Shown here: piece after piece, positions 36,744 to 45,476 of the stretch
How positions within the stretch are numbered: position 1 is the stretch's first letter
Layout: every line of letters starts with the position of its first letter
Virus record (IMG/VR): IMGVR_UViG_3300009779_000001
Span: 5,527 to 69,526 of that record
Reading direction: 5' to 3' (one strand)
From: a virus
Lineage: Duplodnaviria > Caudoviricetes
Length of the DNA: 64,000 bases
The notes under the pieces: model-generated
Seen by the model: only the letters and a program-made list of their open reading frames with translations
Told to the model about the DNA's origin: nothing
Database searches by the model: none
Made by a program: the position numbers and the translations under genes

Positions 36744-36925
36744 CGATGATTGTCAGGGTTGATATGTTCGTGGACGTGAATCCAGATGCCTGGAGGCACA
36801 ATCTCAACGAGGGAAAGGAATACCCCAATTCACTAGTTTTTCGTCGTGATGTGAAAAGCTATGTGGAGGCAGTGGTACTGGATCATCTTGAAGATATCCG
36901 CGTACTGAAAAATCCGCGTCAGTAA
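36740..36925 (+). CDS. hypothetical protein
   Basis: ATGA overlap. Confidence 0.5.
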   Translation: MTMIVRVDMFVDVNPDAWRHNLNEGKEYPNSLVFRRDVKSYVEAVVLDHLEDIRVLKNPRQ

Positions 36926-36936
36926 AAGGAGAACAC

Positions 36937-37173
36937 ATGACCGGCAGACCAGACCCCATGGGGCGGGTGCATTACAACCAGGCTCGTGCCGTCCAGGTAC
37001 GAGAACCTGAAAATCTCAACCTTGTCCATTCAGCCGTGTCGGGTACGCTGAACGTCTATACCGACACACGGCTGGAAGCCAAGGCCATCATTGATGGATG
37101 GGAGGAAATCATCAGGGCAGTTCACCTGAAGGTGGAGGAAATTCTAGGAAGAACTGGGGCTAAAGTGGAATGA
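36937..37173 (+). CDS. hypothetical protein
   Basis: AAGGAG SD. Confidence 0.55.
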   Translation: MTGRPDPMGRVHYNQARAVQVREPENLNLVHSAVSGTLNVYTDTRLEAKAIIDGWEEIIRAVHLKVEEILGRTGAKVE

Positions 37174-37430
37174 TTGACAGACCACGCATAGGATTGCGCC
37201 CCATTCCCAGTGATGGGAAAATTGCTGAGTTTCTGGATTCGCTCATCATTGACCACACAGAACAGGCCGATGAAATTGTCAATGAGCTTAAAGAAACTCT
37301 GGAAGAGACAGAAGAAGAAGGCCAACCTTATCAGTTTGCCTTTGGAAAGCTGCTCAACTACCTCGCCACAAAGAATCAAGCTGAATTGATTGAACTTTGT
37401 GCTGGGGCGTTCTGGAACCTCACGGAGTAA
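37170..37430 (+). CDS. acidic hypothetical protein
   Basis: ATGA overlap. Confidence 0.55.
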   Translation: MIDRPRIGLRPIPSDGKIAEFLDSLIIDHTEQADEIVNELKETLEETEEEGQPYQFAFGKLLNYLATKNQAELIELCAGAFWNLTE

Positions 37431-37438
37431 GGCTAGGC

Positions 37439-37996
37439 GTGAATCCACACAAATCAGAACGGCTCAAACAAACCGCTTTGCAGCACGGCTGGAAAGCTGA
37501 AATCGTTCCTAAAATGGAACGATATCTCCAAACCGGCAACGGTGCCGATATCGAATGGCATCTCTACGCCAAACGAGAAAAAGAAACGATCCACGTTTGC
37601 TATACAGGGGATCGCTTCACCGCCAGCACCTACAAGTACGGCGACTACCGCCACCATCCCGCCCGAAGCGGGGCTGTGGCTAAGCTGCTCACCGGCAAGC
37701 CCGATCCACGCAAACTGGGCGGGTTTGACGCTGAGGGTCTCCTAGAGAGTCGAGTGATTCCTTGGGAGAAAGACGCACCAGCCATCGAAATTCTTCGTGC
37801 AGTGCTGGGCAAAACAATTACATGGGTACGAGCAATGGACAGGGAGGTAGTTTCAGCCCATGTGGACCGGGAAACAAATCTCGGAAAGAAATACTTTCGG
37901 CTCTATGAGTCGAAAGCTGGTAGACGCATTCTTGAATGGCAGGACCGACAGGGGTTCCATGCCGTGTGCGTTGACCAAATCGTTGATGTGAGTTAG
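37439..37996 (+). CDS. hypothetical two-domain protein
   Basis: GTG 37439; well-formed 185-aa ORF. Confidence 0.6.
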   Translation: MNPHKSERLKQTALQHGWKAEIVPKMERYLQTGNGADIEWHLYAKREKETIHVCYTGDRFTASTYKYGDYRHHPARSGAVAKLLTGKPDPRKLGGFDAEGLLESRVIPWEKDAPAIEILRAVLGKTITWVRAMDREVVSAHVDRETNLGKKYFRLYESKAGRRILEWQDRQGFHAVCVDQIVDVS

Positions 37997-38003
37997 GAGA
38001 AAA

Positions 38004-38171
38004 ATGGAAACGATCAAGAAGAAGTACGTCCCCACCACGGTGACGCAACCTCTGGCGCGAAAGATCATGGGGGAACTTACCGGAAAGCCGGTGAGAGCCG
38101 TCTACCAAGATTGTGTCGGGGCTTCGCCACGGGTTTATGAAGTAACTTTCGTCGAGAAGAAAGGAAAGTAA
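38004..38171 (+). CDS. 55-aa hypothetical protein
   Basis: AGGAG SD; METIKKKYVPTTVTQPLARK...; not in the supplied track. Confidence 0.55.
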   Translation: METIKKKYVPTTVTQPLARKIMGELTGKPVRAVYQDCVGASPRVYEVTFVEKKGK

Positions 38172-38173
38172 AA

Positions 38174-38518
38174 ATGACAACTGTTAACTACCCAGTGAAC
38201 GAAAACGAGCGACGAAACTACAAGGTCTTCAGCAAGAAGGAATTGCGGAGGGCAAACAATCTCGCCAGACGGCGAAACTACAACCGGAGCGTGGACCCCG
38301 GTTTCATCAAGAAACTGAGTGATTACAACCTGTACCCGATCACCATGTCTTTTGTTCACGAACATGCTGGTGGACTCAAGGTAGACAGTCACATGCGGTG
38401 CTGGATTGGTGCCGTCATCAATGAAAAGGTGGAATCGTTTTTCATTGACGTGGACATGAAACTCTACGACTCACTGGAAATTATTTCGGTTCCGGTCAAG
38501 AAAGAGTCTGATTCCTGA
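38174..38518 (+). CDS. hypothetical protein
   Basis: AAGGA SD; coupled to the helicase gene. Confidence 0.6.
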   Translation: MTTVNYPVNENERRNYKVFSKKELRRANNLARRRNYNRSVDPGFIKKLSDYNLYPITMSFVHEHAGGLKVDSHMRCWIGAVINEKVESFFIDVDMKLYDSLEIISVPVKKESDS

Positions 38519-40425
38519 TGTGGAACATGGATCGTTGGGTGGGGGAGTCACGCATGTGGCTCTCCCTCCCTTACTCAGATGAACTCGTAGCAGAGATTAA
38601 AGAGATTCCTGGTGCCAGATATGACTTCGGTCAGAAAATCTGGTACTTCCCGTTGGATTATCAAATTGCACGGGACATTGCCGAAATGGCGAAGCGGCAC
38701 AACGAAAAAGTTTCTGCCGGAAAAATGCTCATCGACTGGATCAAGGAAGAGCGGAAACGCTACATTGCCGTTCTCAAGCCTGATGATCTGAACGCCGACG
38801 TGAGCAACGCTCTGCCGCATCTACGGGCTACCCGCCCTGAGATGATCGCCGCTATGGAGAGCAAGCCCTGGCAGATACCTGGGACTGCCTTCATCGTGGG
38901 GCAGAAGCGTGTGCTGCTGGCCGACAAGCCTGGTCTGGGCAAGACCTTGCAGACGCTGGCGGCTGTGGCCGAACTGGACATACGAGGGCCGATTCTCGTT
39001 GTCGCCCCTCGTAGTGCGGTCAATGTGACGTGGCCGGAAGAAATTAAGCAATGGCTGGGGGATGACGAGAAAATCGTCATCATCAACTCCCAACTTAAGC
39101 CAGCGGAAAGGGTAAAGTTACTGGAACAGGTAGAAAGGACTCCCAAGAATGAGCGAATCTGGGTACTTCTTGGCCCTAACTATTTACGTATTCGGGCTGA
39201 CGTTGACCAATACGGTAACTATTTACGTGACAATAAAGGCCGTAAAATCATCAGAACAGTGCAAGAGGGACTTGCAGAACTCTTTAGCATTGAATGGTCG
39301 TCTATTATCGTTGATGAATCACACCAAACCCTTGCCGGAGCAACAGGAAACAAAAAACGGCAGTCTGCTCAACGGAATGGATTGGGTGCCCTTTCAACAC
39401 GAAGCGATGGACTCCGAATCGCTATTAGCGGAACTCCGTTCAGGGGCAAAACTGAAAACATTTGGGGAACGCTTAACTGGCTAGAACCGGGAAAGTATTC
39501 TTCGTACTGGAAGTGGATTCAGCGTCACTACGGTATTCAAAAGACTCAGGCGACTTATGGGTCTGGAATCATCAAAGGTGACAAGATTAAGGATCAGAAA
39601 AGATTCTATGGTGAGCTAGCCCCTATTATGGTGCGACGAACCAAAGAAGAGGTTCAAGATTCTCTCCCGCCCAAGACTTACGGCGGGACGCATCTGGACC
39701 CGGCTGATCCGAATTCACCGGTTGCGGTGTGGCTGCCCATGTCGAAGCAACAAAAAGCGCAGTACGATCTTATCGTCAAGCAGGCAGTTCTGCGTTTGAG
39801 TACTTCAGACCTGAATGTTAACGGTGTGCTGGCAGAGATGACCCGCTTCAAGCAGCTTGCAAACGCTTGTTTGGACGGGTCCGGTGATGGGGTTAAGCCC
39901 CATGGCCCTTCTAACAAAGCCGAATGGATTGTTGATTTTCTTCAAGATCGTCAAGAATCCGGTACAAAAGTTATCGTGGCAAGCCAATTTACTGGCTTTC
40001 TAGAATACCTTTCGTCGGTTTTGAAGGACGAAAAGATCGGACACTACCTTTTCACCGGGAAAACTCCTGACAAGGTGCGAGCCAGTATCAAAGCCGACTT
40101 CCAATCGGAGGGCGGGGATGCCGTGATTCTGCTGAACACCAAGTCTGGCGGCGTGAGCCTGACGCTGGACAAGGCTGACGATGTGGTGATCTGTGACCAA
40201 ACCTGGACCCCTGACGATCAGGAGCAGGTAGAGGATCGCGCTCACCGAATCAGTCGAAACCACCATGTCACCGTATGGAACCTCGCTAGTCTAGGAACCA
40301 TTGATGAAGCCGTGGCTCTCACCAACGCAACGAGGGAGAAGGAAATCTTTTCCATCCTTGAGGGACAGCGCGGAGTCGCCTACGTCAAGGCTCTCATCAC
40401 CGCCATGAAAGGACAGGCAGCGTGA
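38518..40425 (+). CDS. SNF2-like (SF2) DNA helicase
   Basis: LLADKPGLGKT, IIVDESH, ISGTPF, GGVSLTL, QVEDRAHRI motifs. Confidence 0.9.
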   Translation: MWNMDRWVGESRMWLSLPYSDELVAEIKEIPGARYDFGQKIWYFPLDYQIARDIAEMAKRHNEKVSAGKMLIDWIKEERKRYIAVLKPDDLNADVSNALPHLRATRPEMIAAMESKPWQIPGTAFIVGQKRVLLADKPGLGKTLQTLAAVAELDIRGPILVVAPRSAVNVTWPEEIKQWLGDDEKIVIINSQLKPAERVKLLEQVERTPKNERIWVLLGPNYLRIRADVDQYGNYLRDNKGRKIIRTVQEGLAELFSIEWSSIIVDESHQTLAGATGNKKRQSAQRNGLGALSTRSDGLRIAISGTPFRGKTENIWGTLNWLEPGKYSSYWKWIQRHYGIQKTQATYGSGIIKGDKIKDQKRFYGELAPIMVRRTKEEVQDSLPPKTYGGTHLDPADPNSPVAVWLPMSKQQKAQYDLIVKQAVLRLSTSDLNVNGVLAEMTRFKQLANACLDGSGDGVKPHGPSNKAEWIVDFLQDRQESGTKVIVASQFTGFLEYLSSVLKDEKIGHYLFTGKTPDKVRASIKADFQSEGGDAVILLNTKSGGVSLTLDKADDVVICDQTWTPDDQEQVEDRAHRISRNHHVTVWNLASLGTIDEAVALTNATREKEIFSILEGQRGVAYVKALITAMKGQAA

Positions 40426-40772
40426 CCCCAAAAGAAATCGCATTCGTCATTCTCGCAGCGGGATGGTTGTTGCTTCCGTTAGATTTCTTCATCCTCAGGA
40501 GAGAAATTGAACGAACCAACAAACGAATCGACTTGTTTGCAGCGTTGATGGACGAGGCGACACAGTTGATTTCTGTGGAAACGGAAAAGAAAGTTGCTCA
40601 AAAGAAAGCATATGAGCGACTGACCGATCCAGATGCCATAGCAGAAGATATGGAGAAAGGAGCAAGAATACGAGAAATGCGTGACGCAGGTCGCACTACC
40701 CTGCCTCGTGAAGATGCGGGTCCACCCGCCAAGGTTCACACGTTGAAGTTCAACATGAATCGGAAAAGATAG
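40422..40772 (+). CDS. single-TM coiled-coil protein
   Basis: N-terminal hydrophobic helix; GTGA overlap. Confidence 0.55.
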   Translation: MTPKEIAFVILAAGWLLLPLDFFILRREIERTNKRIDLFAALMDEATQLISVETEKKVAQKKAYERLTDPDAIAEDMEKGARIREMRDAGRTTLPREDAGPPAKVHTLKFNMNRKR

Positions 40773-40775
40773 GAC

Positions 40776-40804
40776 TGGACAGACACCCGCCAAGCGACTA
40801 ATGT
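40776..40804 (+). promoter_or_regulatory. SigA-type promoter candidate
   Basis: TGGACA-17 nt-TAATGT upstream of 40862. Confidence 0.6.
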
Positions 40805-40861
40805 CGAAATGGCACACGGGCACAGCCCAACAAAACACTCAGAACAGGAGTCCCAACGAAA

Positions 40862-41356
40862 ATGACAATGACTGTGGAGGCACCCGACGTGGAAATCAGC
40901 ACGAACGAGAACGAGACAGCCGACGTGCAAAACGAAAATACTGGACGTGGACACGATTTCACCAAAGTTCGTCCCACCCATGTGGACCTCGCGGAGTACG
41001 TCAACGCACATTCCGGCTTGGAGCCGGTCACTGCAAATCAGGTGCGAGCGATTCTCACGCTGCGTACTGAGTTTTCCCGTCTGCCGGAACAAAAAGCCAA
41101 GCGGGAAGAGCGCAGGCTTGAGCGTCAGCGTGCCGCGTCGAAGTACGCCGGTATGAATGAGGCTCAGAAGAAGGCGGCGAAGGCTGCTGAGCGTGCTGCT
41201 CGTGAGGCTGCCAAGCTGGAAGCTCGTGTGGCAGAGGCCAAGGCTCGTGCCGAAGCCCTCGCCAACGCGGCTGCCGGTAGTGGCGAAGACCTGGCTGCCG
41301 CTGTCGAGGCCGATCAGGGTGGGGAGGCACCCCGTAAGATCAGCCGTCGCCGGTAG
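40862..41356 (+). CDS. hypothetical protein with Ala/Arg/Lys coiled-coil C-terminus
   Basis: Strong codon bias; followed by two hairpins (41367-41460). Confidence 0.65.
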   Translation: MTMTVEAPDVEISTNENETADVQNENTGRGHDFTKVRPTHVDLAEYVNAHSGLEPVTANQVRAILTLRTEFSRLPEQKAKREERRLERQRAASKYAGMNEAQKKAAKAAERAAREAAKLEARVAEAKARAEALANAAAGSGEDLAAAVEADQGGEAPRKISRRR

Positions 41357-41494
41357 CTAGATGAGGGAGCGGTGAGGTTCTACCTTTCTCGCCTCACCGC
41401 TTCCCGTCATCCCGACATGGCCCTCTCCCCATCCCCTTGAGAATCCATGTCGGGTTGAGGGGAAAATCCCCTGTGAGAAAGAAACACCGGAAAG

Positions 41495-42598
41495 GTGCCC
41501 CTAATGGGAATCCCGATCCTCAGAAATTCTGAGCGATCCAGCTTCAAAAAATGCCAATACCAATGGCACTGGGGCTGGAACATGGGTCTTGTACCCGCCA
41601 TGGTCAAGCAAGATGCACTCTGGTTCGGAACCGGCATCCATCTCGCGCTGGCCGAATATTACACACCCCCTGAAGGAAAAAGCGGATTCGTTCGCGGCAG
41701 GAATCCTTTGGAATCCTGGGAAGAATTCTGCGCCGGTCACAACGCCATTATGCGTACTGGTGACTATTACGATGACGACGCAGAATACGAATACATTCAG
41801 GCTAAGGAACTTGGATTATCCATTCTAGATTCCTACCTGAAGCACTACGGTGATGATGGGCACTGGGAAGTTCTCATGCCGGAAACCCGCTTTGTGGCGA
41901 AGATTCCTTTCACCATAGAGCAACTGGATCGTCAGATTCAGCAAGAGCGTCTTTTCGATGACGACGGCGAATACATCACCAAGATCGCTGGCACATTCGA
42001 TATGCCGGTGAGGGATCATTCGTTCCCCAAGCCGCGCATTATGATCGTGGATCACAAAACAACGAACCGTCAGGAAAACATCAAGCATCTGCAAAAAGAT
42101 GACCAGGCGGGTACCTATATCGCTGTGGGTACAGGGTACTTACGAAAGCTGGGCTTCATCGAAAAGAATGAAGCTATCGACGGGATGATTTTCAATTACC
42201 TTCGGAAAGCCAAAGCCGACAACCGGCCACGGGATGCAGAGGGTCGCTGCCTGAACAAAGATGGCAGCGTATCGAAGAATCAGCCGTCGCCTTTGTTCTG
42301 GCGAGCAACGGTCATGCGGAGCAAGGCCAATCGACTCAGGCAGATACGCCGGATCGCGGAGGACGCTGAGCAGATCGCTCTGGCCCGTGACGGGAGCATC
42401 CCGCTCACCAAGGCACCGGGCGAGCATTGCAATTGGTGTCAGTTTAGTGACCTCTGCGATATAGATGAGAACGGAGATGATGTTGACGGCTTCATCGAAG
42501 CAACGTTCAAGCGACAAGACCCCTACGCAGACCACCGCGACGGTGCGGTGAATTCAAAAGAATCTGTGTCTGCGAAGAAAGAAACAGGAGTTCGTTAA
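41495..42598 (+). CDS. PD-(D/E)XK (RecB/Cas4-like) exonuclease
   Basis: SERSSFKKCQ, GTGIHLAL, AGTFDM...IVDHKTT, CNWCQFSDLC motifs. Confidence 0.85.
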   Translation: MPLMGIPILRNSERSSFKKCQYQWHWGWNMGLVPAMVKQDALWFGTGIHLALAEYYTPPEGKSGFVRGRNPLESWEEFCAGHNAIMRTGDYYDDDAEYEYIQAKELGLSILDSYLKHYGDDGHWEVLMPETRFVAKIPFTIEQLDRQIQQERLFDDDGEYITKIAGTFDMPVRDHSFPKPRIMIVDHKTTNRQENIKHLQKDDQAGTYIAVGTGYLRKLGFIEKNEAIDGMIFNYLRKAKADNRPRDAEGRCLNKDGSVSKNQPSPLFWRATVMRSKANRLRQIRRIAEDAEQIALARDGSIPLTKAPGEHCNWCQFSDLCDIDENGDDVDGFIEATFKRQDPYADHRDGAVNSKESVSAKKETGVR

Positions 42599-42789
42599 TG
42601 GGAGGAGGTTACAAAGGGCCGAAAAAAAGAGAACCTGTCAAAACAGAAAACAACATCTGGTGCCTGCTCTGCGACTGGCATTTGACCGATAGCATGGCAA
42701 GCCGTCGCAGACTGGGAGTACACTTGGCTAACCACCACTACAGCGAGGTGGCCCTGCCCTTGGGAGAGGAACCTGATTTCAATGAGTGA
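42598..42789 (+). CDS. small C2H2 zinc-finger-like protein
   Basis: CLLC...HLANHH. Confidence 0.5.
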   Translation: MGGGYKGPKKREPVKTENNIWCLLCDWHLTDSMASRRRLGVHLANHHYSEVALPLGEEPDFNE

Positions 42790-43060
42790 AAGACTGCTGA
42801 TATCACAAACTGTTGTCTACCAAGGTAAAGACGACAGGTGGTATTGGTACACCAAATCCATGAACGGCAAAAAGATAGGAGACAGTGGACAAGGATATGT
42901 AGATATGAAAGGGGCCGTGAACGGCTTCTTCGCACAGCAAGGGTTTCCCGATTTCGACCCGTCGAAAAAGGAAACCTGGCCCGAAAACTTCGGGCAACCA
43001 CGACCATTACCAACAGCAAAAAACCATTACGTCATCAGTGCATACCGGAAGGAAAACTAA
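42782..43060 (+). CDS. DUF1508/YegP-like protein
   Basis: GKDDRWYW...NGKKIGDSGQGY motif. Confidence 0.6.
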   Translation: MSERLLISQTVVYQGKDDRWYWYTKSMNGKKIGDSGQGYVDMKGAVNGFFAQQGFPDFDPSKKETWPENFGQPRPLPTAKNHYVISAYRKEN

Positions 43061-43061
43061 C

Positions 43062-43976
43062 ATGGTCGAAATCATTAGCTTGGCAGACGATATTCCCAAG
43101 TGGAATATTCTGATTCACGCCGACAGTGGAGCGGGTAAAACTGTACTGGCGGGATCGGATGATCGGGTGCTGTTCCTGGCACCGGAAGACAGTGGAACGC
43201 TCTCCGCTCTCCGCATGGGGTCCGCCGCACAGAAGATCAAGGTGCGTCACTGGGATGACATTCGGGAAGCCGTCGAATACCTGGAAGCCAATCCTGACGT
43301 GCTGGGACAATTCGACGTTCTCGCTGTGGATTCTCTCACCGAAATGCAGAAGATGTGCATGATGGCAATTCTGGAAGCCAATCGGGGAGAACGTCTGTCG
43401 AAGGGTCAAGACCCTGAGACACCGCAGATTCAGGACTACGGAAAGTTGCACGTCCTGTTTGAGAATCTGGTTCGGCGTATCAACGAACTCAATATCAACG
43501 TTCTTTACACTGCGCTGACGCGCAAGGTCGAGGACGCAGACCACAACGAGTTCCTGGTTCCCGAAATCTCCGGTAAGGATTACGGAGTCGCCATGAAGAT
43601 CGTTGCTCTGATGACGAGCTACGGTCATCTTCGGGTGGAACTGGTGGAAGTACCCGCCAACGATCCCGAAAATCCTGAGCGCACAAAGGTTGTCAAGCGT
43701 CGGACGATTTACTGGGAGGACACGGGAACGATTCGCGCCAAGGATCGCACTACCCGTCTTGCTCCCTACACCGTCAACGCCAAGATGAAAGACATTCGTC
43801 TTGCGATTGAGGGAGAAATGGTTCGCGGGGCCAACGGGAAAATCGTTGATCCTCACGCCCCCAAGGCACCGCGCAAGAAAATGGCCGCTCAGGCTAGCCC
43901 AAAGCCGGAAAAGCCGGTAGAGTCGGTGGAGGCCGACAACGTGGAATCAGTGGAGGAATTATTGATCGAAGCTTAG
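43062..43976 (+). CDS. AAA-type P-loop ATPase (Sak4/RecA-like recombination protein)
   Basis: HADSGAGKT Walker A, LAVDSLTE Walker B; next to the exonuclease and SSB-like genes. Confidence 0.8.
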   Translation: MVEIISLADDIPKWNILIHADSGAGKTVLAGSDDRVLFLAPEDSGTLSALRMGSAAQKIKVRHWDDIREAVEYLEANPDVLGQFDVLAVDSLTEMQKMCMMAILEANRGERLSKGQDPETPQIQDYGKLHVLFENLVRRINELNINVLYTALTRKVEDADHNEFLVPEISGKDYGVAMKIVALMTSYGHLRVELVEVPANDPENPERTKVVKRRTIYWEDTGTIRAKDRTTRLAPYTVNAKMKDIRLAIEGEMVRGANGKIVDPHAPKAPRKKMAAQASPKPEKPVESVEADNVESVEELLIEA

Positions 43977-44044
43977 GCTCAATGACACTTAATAAACATC
44001 ACAACATCACAACATCTGACAAAACACAGAAGTAAGGAATAGTA

Positions 44045-44665
44045 ATGAGCGTCAAGCTTTCGCTGGATATCAACGGAATCGGTGCGGGTGCTGCTGAAGG
44101 CCGCGCCGGATGGTCGGGGGAACTTCCCCCTACCGGTGCCTACAACGGGAGGGTCAAAATCATGACGGTCGGGCAGATCAGCCAGACCGCCAAGAATCCC
44201 GCCAACCGGGGCAAGCCGAAGCTGAACGTCGGTGTGGAACTGTGCGACACCCCTGACGGTAAGTACGATGGATTCCTGGCCTGGGGCAACCTGAACATCA
44301 TTGATTCTGGTGTGCCCTACATCAACCAGTTCCTCCACGCTCTGACTGACGGGTCGGAAAAGGCAGTCGCCGCCATCGAAAAGGCTTTCTACCAAGATGG
44401 TCCGGTGTGCGACGACAACCGTCAGCACGTCCTGAAGATCGGTTCGTACAGCATCGAATCGCCCAACGGGACGCTTCCGATTCGGGTTTCGATCAAGAAG
44501 ACTTCGTACTTCAATCCCGAAACGAAGCAGACCACGGAAAGTTCTCGCGTGGATTCTTACCTGATGGGTGGTGGTTCCGCTCCCAAGAGGAATGGCACCA
44601 CGAAGGTGGAAACCGTCATCGAAGAGGAAGACGATCTCGTTGACATTTTCGAGGACGAAGAGTAA
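44045..44665 (+). CDS. putative ssDNA-binding protein
   Basis: Beta-rich core and acidic C-terminal tail EEEDDLVDIFEDEE. Confidence 0.6.
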   Translation: MSVKLSLDINGIGAGAAEGRAGWSGELPPTGAYNGRVKIMTVGQISQTAKNPANRGKPKLNVGVELCDTPDGKYDGFLAWGNLNIIDSGVPYINQFLHALTDGSEKAVAAIEKAFYQDGPVCDDNRQHVLKIGSYSIESPNGTLPIRVSIKKTSYFNPETKQTTESSRVDSYLMGGGSAPKRNGTTKVETVIEEEDDLVDIFEDEE

Positions 44666-44679
44666 CAGGTGAGGAAGGA

Positions 44680-44711
44680 AGCCGGGGAGATGGTTCCCCG
44701 GCTTTCTTTTT
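44680..44711 (+). terminator. intrinsic terminator
   Basis: AGCCGGGGA pairs with TCCCCGGCT, then TTCTTTTT. Confidence 0.8.
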
Positions 44712-44731
44712 AGGAAGGTGGAAATATCTCA

Positions 44732-44878
44732 ATGATTGTGGCAATGCTCGTTCTGCTCTCAATCGTAGTTTTTTTACAGCTTGTCATCGCTGGCACGCTG
44801 GGCAGTATCCAAAATATGTGGCGTGAATATATCGCCTACCAAAAAGGACTCTTCGGTGGAAAGGACCATAGAGAATGA
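44732..44878 (+). CDS. 48-aa single-TM protein
   Basis: MIVAMLVLLSIVVFLQLVIAG...; ATGA-coupled to the next gene; not in the supplied track. Confidence 0.5.
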   Translation: MIVAMLVLLSIVVFLQLVIAGTLGSIQNMWREYIAYQKGLFGGKDHRE

Positions 44879-45210
44879 AAATCGAAAGCAGCAAGAACGG
44901 ACCCAAGCTCAACCTCCTGCAACCTGACGGCATTCGCAATCAGACTGACGCTCGTGAGGTCACCCACGTCCTGCTGGACGGGATCGGCTGGGTACGCATC
45001 GAACCAGGCAGCTTCCACTTCTACAAGACGGCTGGCGACAAGCCCATTCCGTTCATCCAATTCGACGTGCTGACGAACGGTGACCTGCCTGCCGGGTGGC
45101 GGGTCGAGGTCTTCCCGACAGCTATCGCCGGGTTGGCCTACCCGCCGGAAGGGCGCAAGAACAGTCCTCTGACCGGGGAGGCGAACGGAGAAGCGGAGTT
45201 CGATATCTGA
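44875..45210 (+). CDS. hypothetical protein
   Basis: Strong codon bias; coupled overlaps. Confidence 0.6.
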   Translation: MKIESSKNGPKLNLLQPDGIRNQTDAREVTHVLLDGIGWVRIEPGSFHFYKTAGDKPIPFIQFDVLTNGDLPAGWRVEVFPTAIAGLAYPPEGRKNSPLTGEANGEAEFDI

Positions 45211-45476
45211 TGGCCGATGACGCAATGGAGCGTATCGCCACTGCGTTGGAAGTCATTGCGCTCATCCAAAAAACAGAGCACAACCAAAAGAATCACGAAA
45301 CAGGAGGGGAGCAAAGGGTTGCGGCTGCCATAGCCATGACCCACGAACTCTACGCAGACAGTCTCGACAATCTCATCGAAGAAAAGAAAAATGAATACGA
45401 GTTCGCTCGTAGCCTGCGGAAAATGATTAAAGATGCACGCAACACCGCAGAAAAACTCAGGGAGACATTCACTTGA
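45210..45476 (+). CDS. hypothetical helical protein
   Basis: TGATG coupling; overlaps the DnaE start (TTGA). Confidence 0.55.
   Translation: MADDAMERIATALEVIALIQKTEHNQKNHETGGEQRVAAAIAMTHELYADSLDNLIEEKKNEYEFARSLRKMIKDARNTAEKLRETFT

Noticed and set aside
41495-42598. Cas4 as part of a CRISPR adaptation system
   Set aside because: No array or cas1/cas2. The context (ATPase, SSB-like gene) fits a phage recombination exonuclease.
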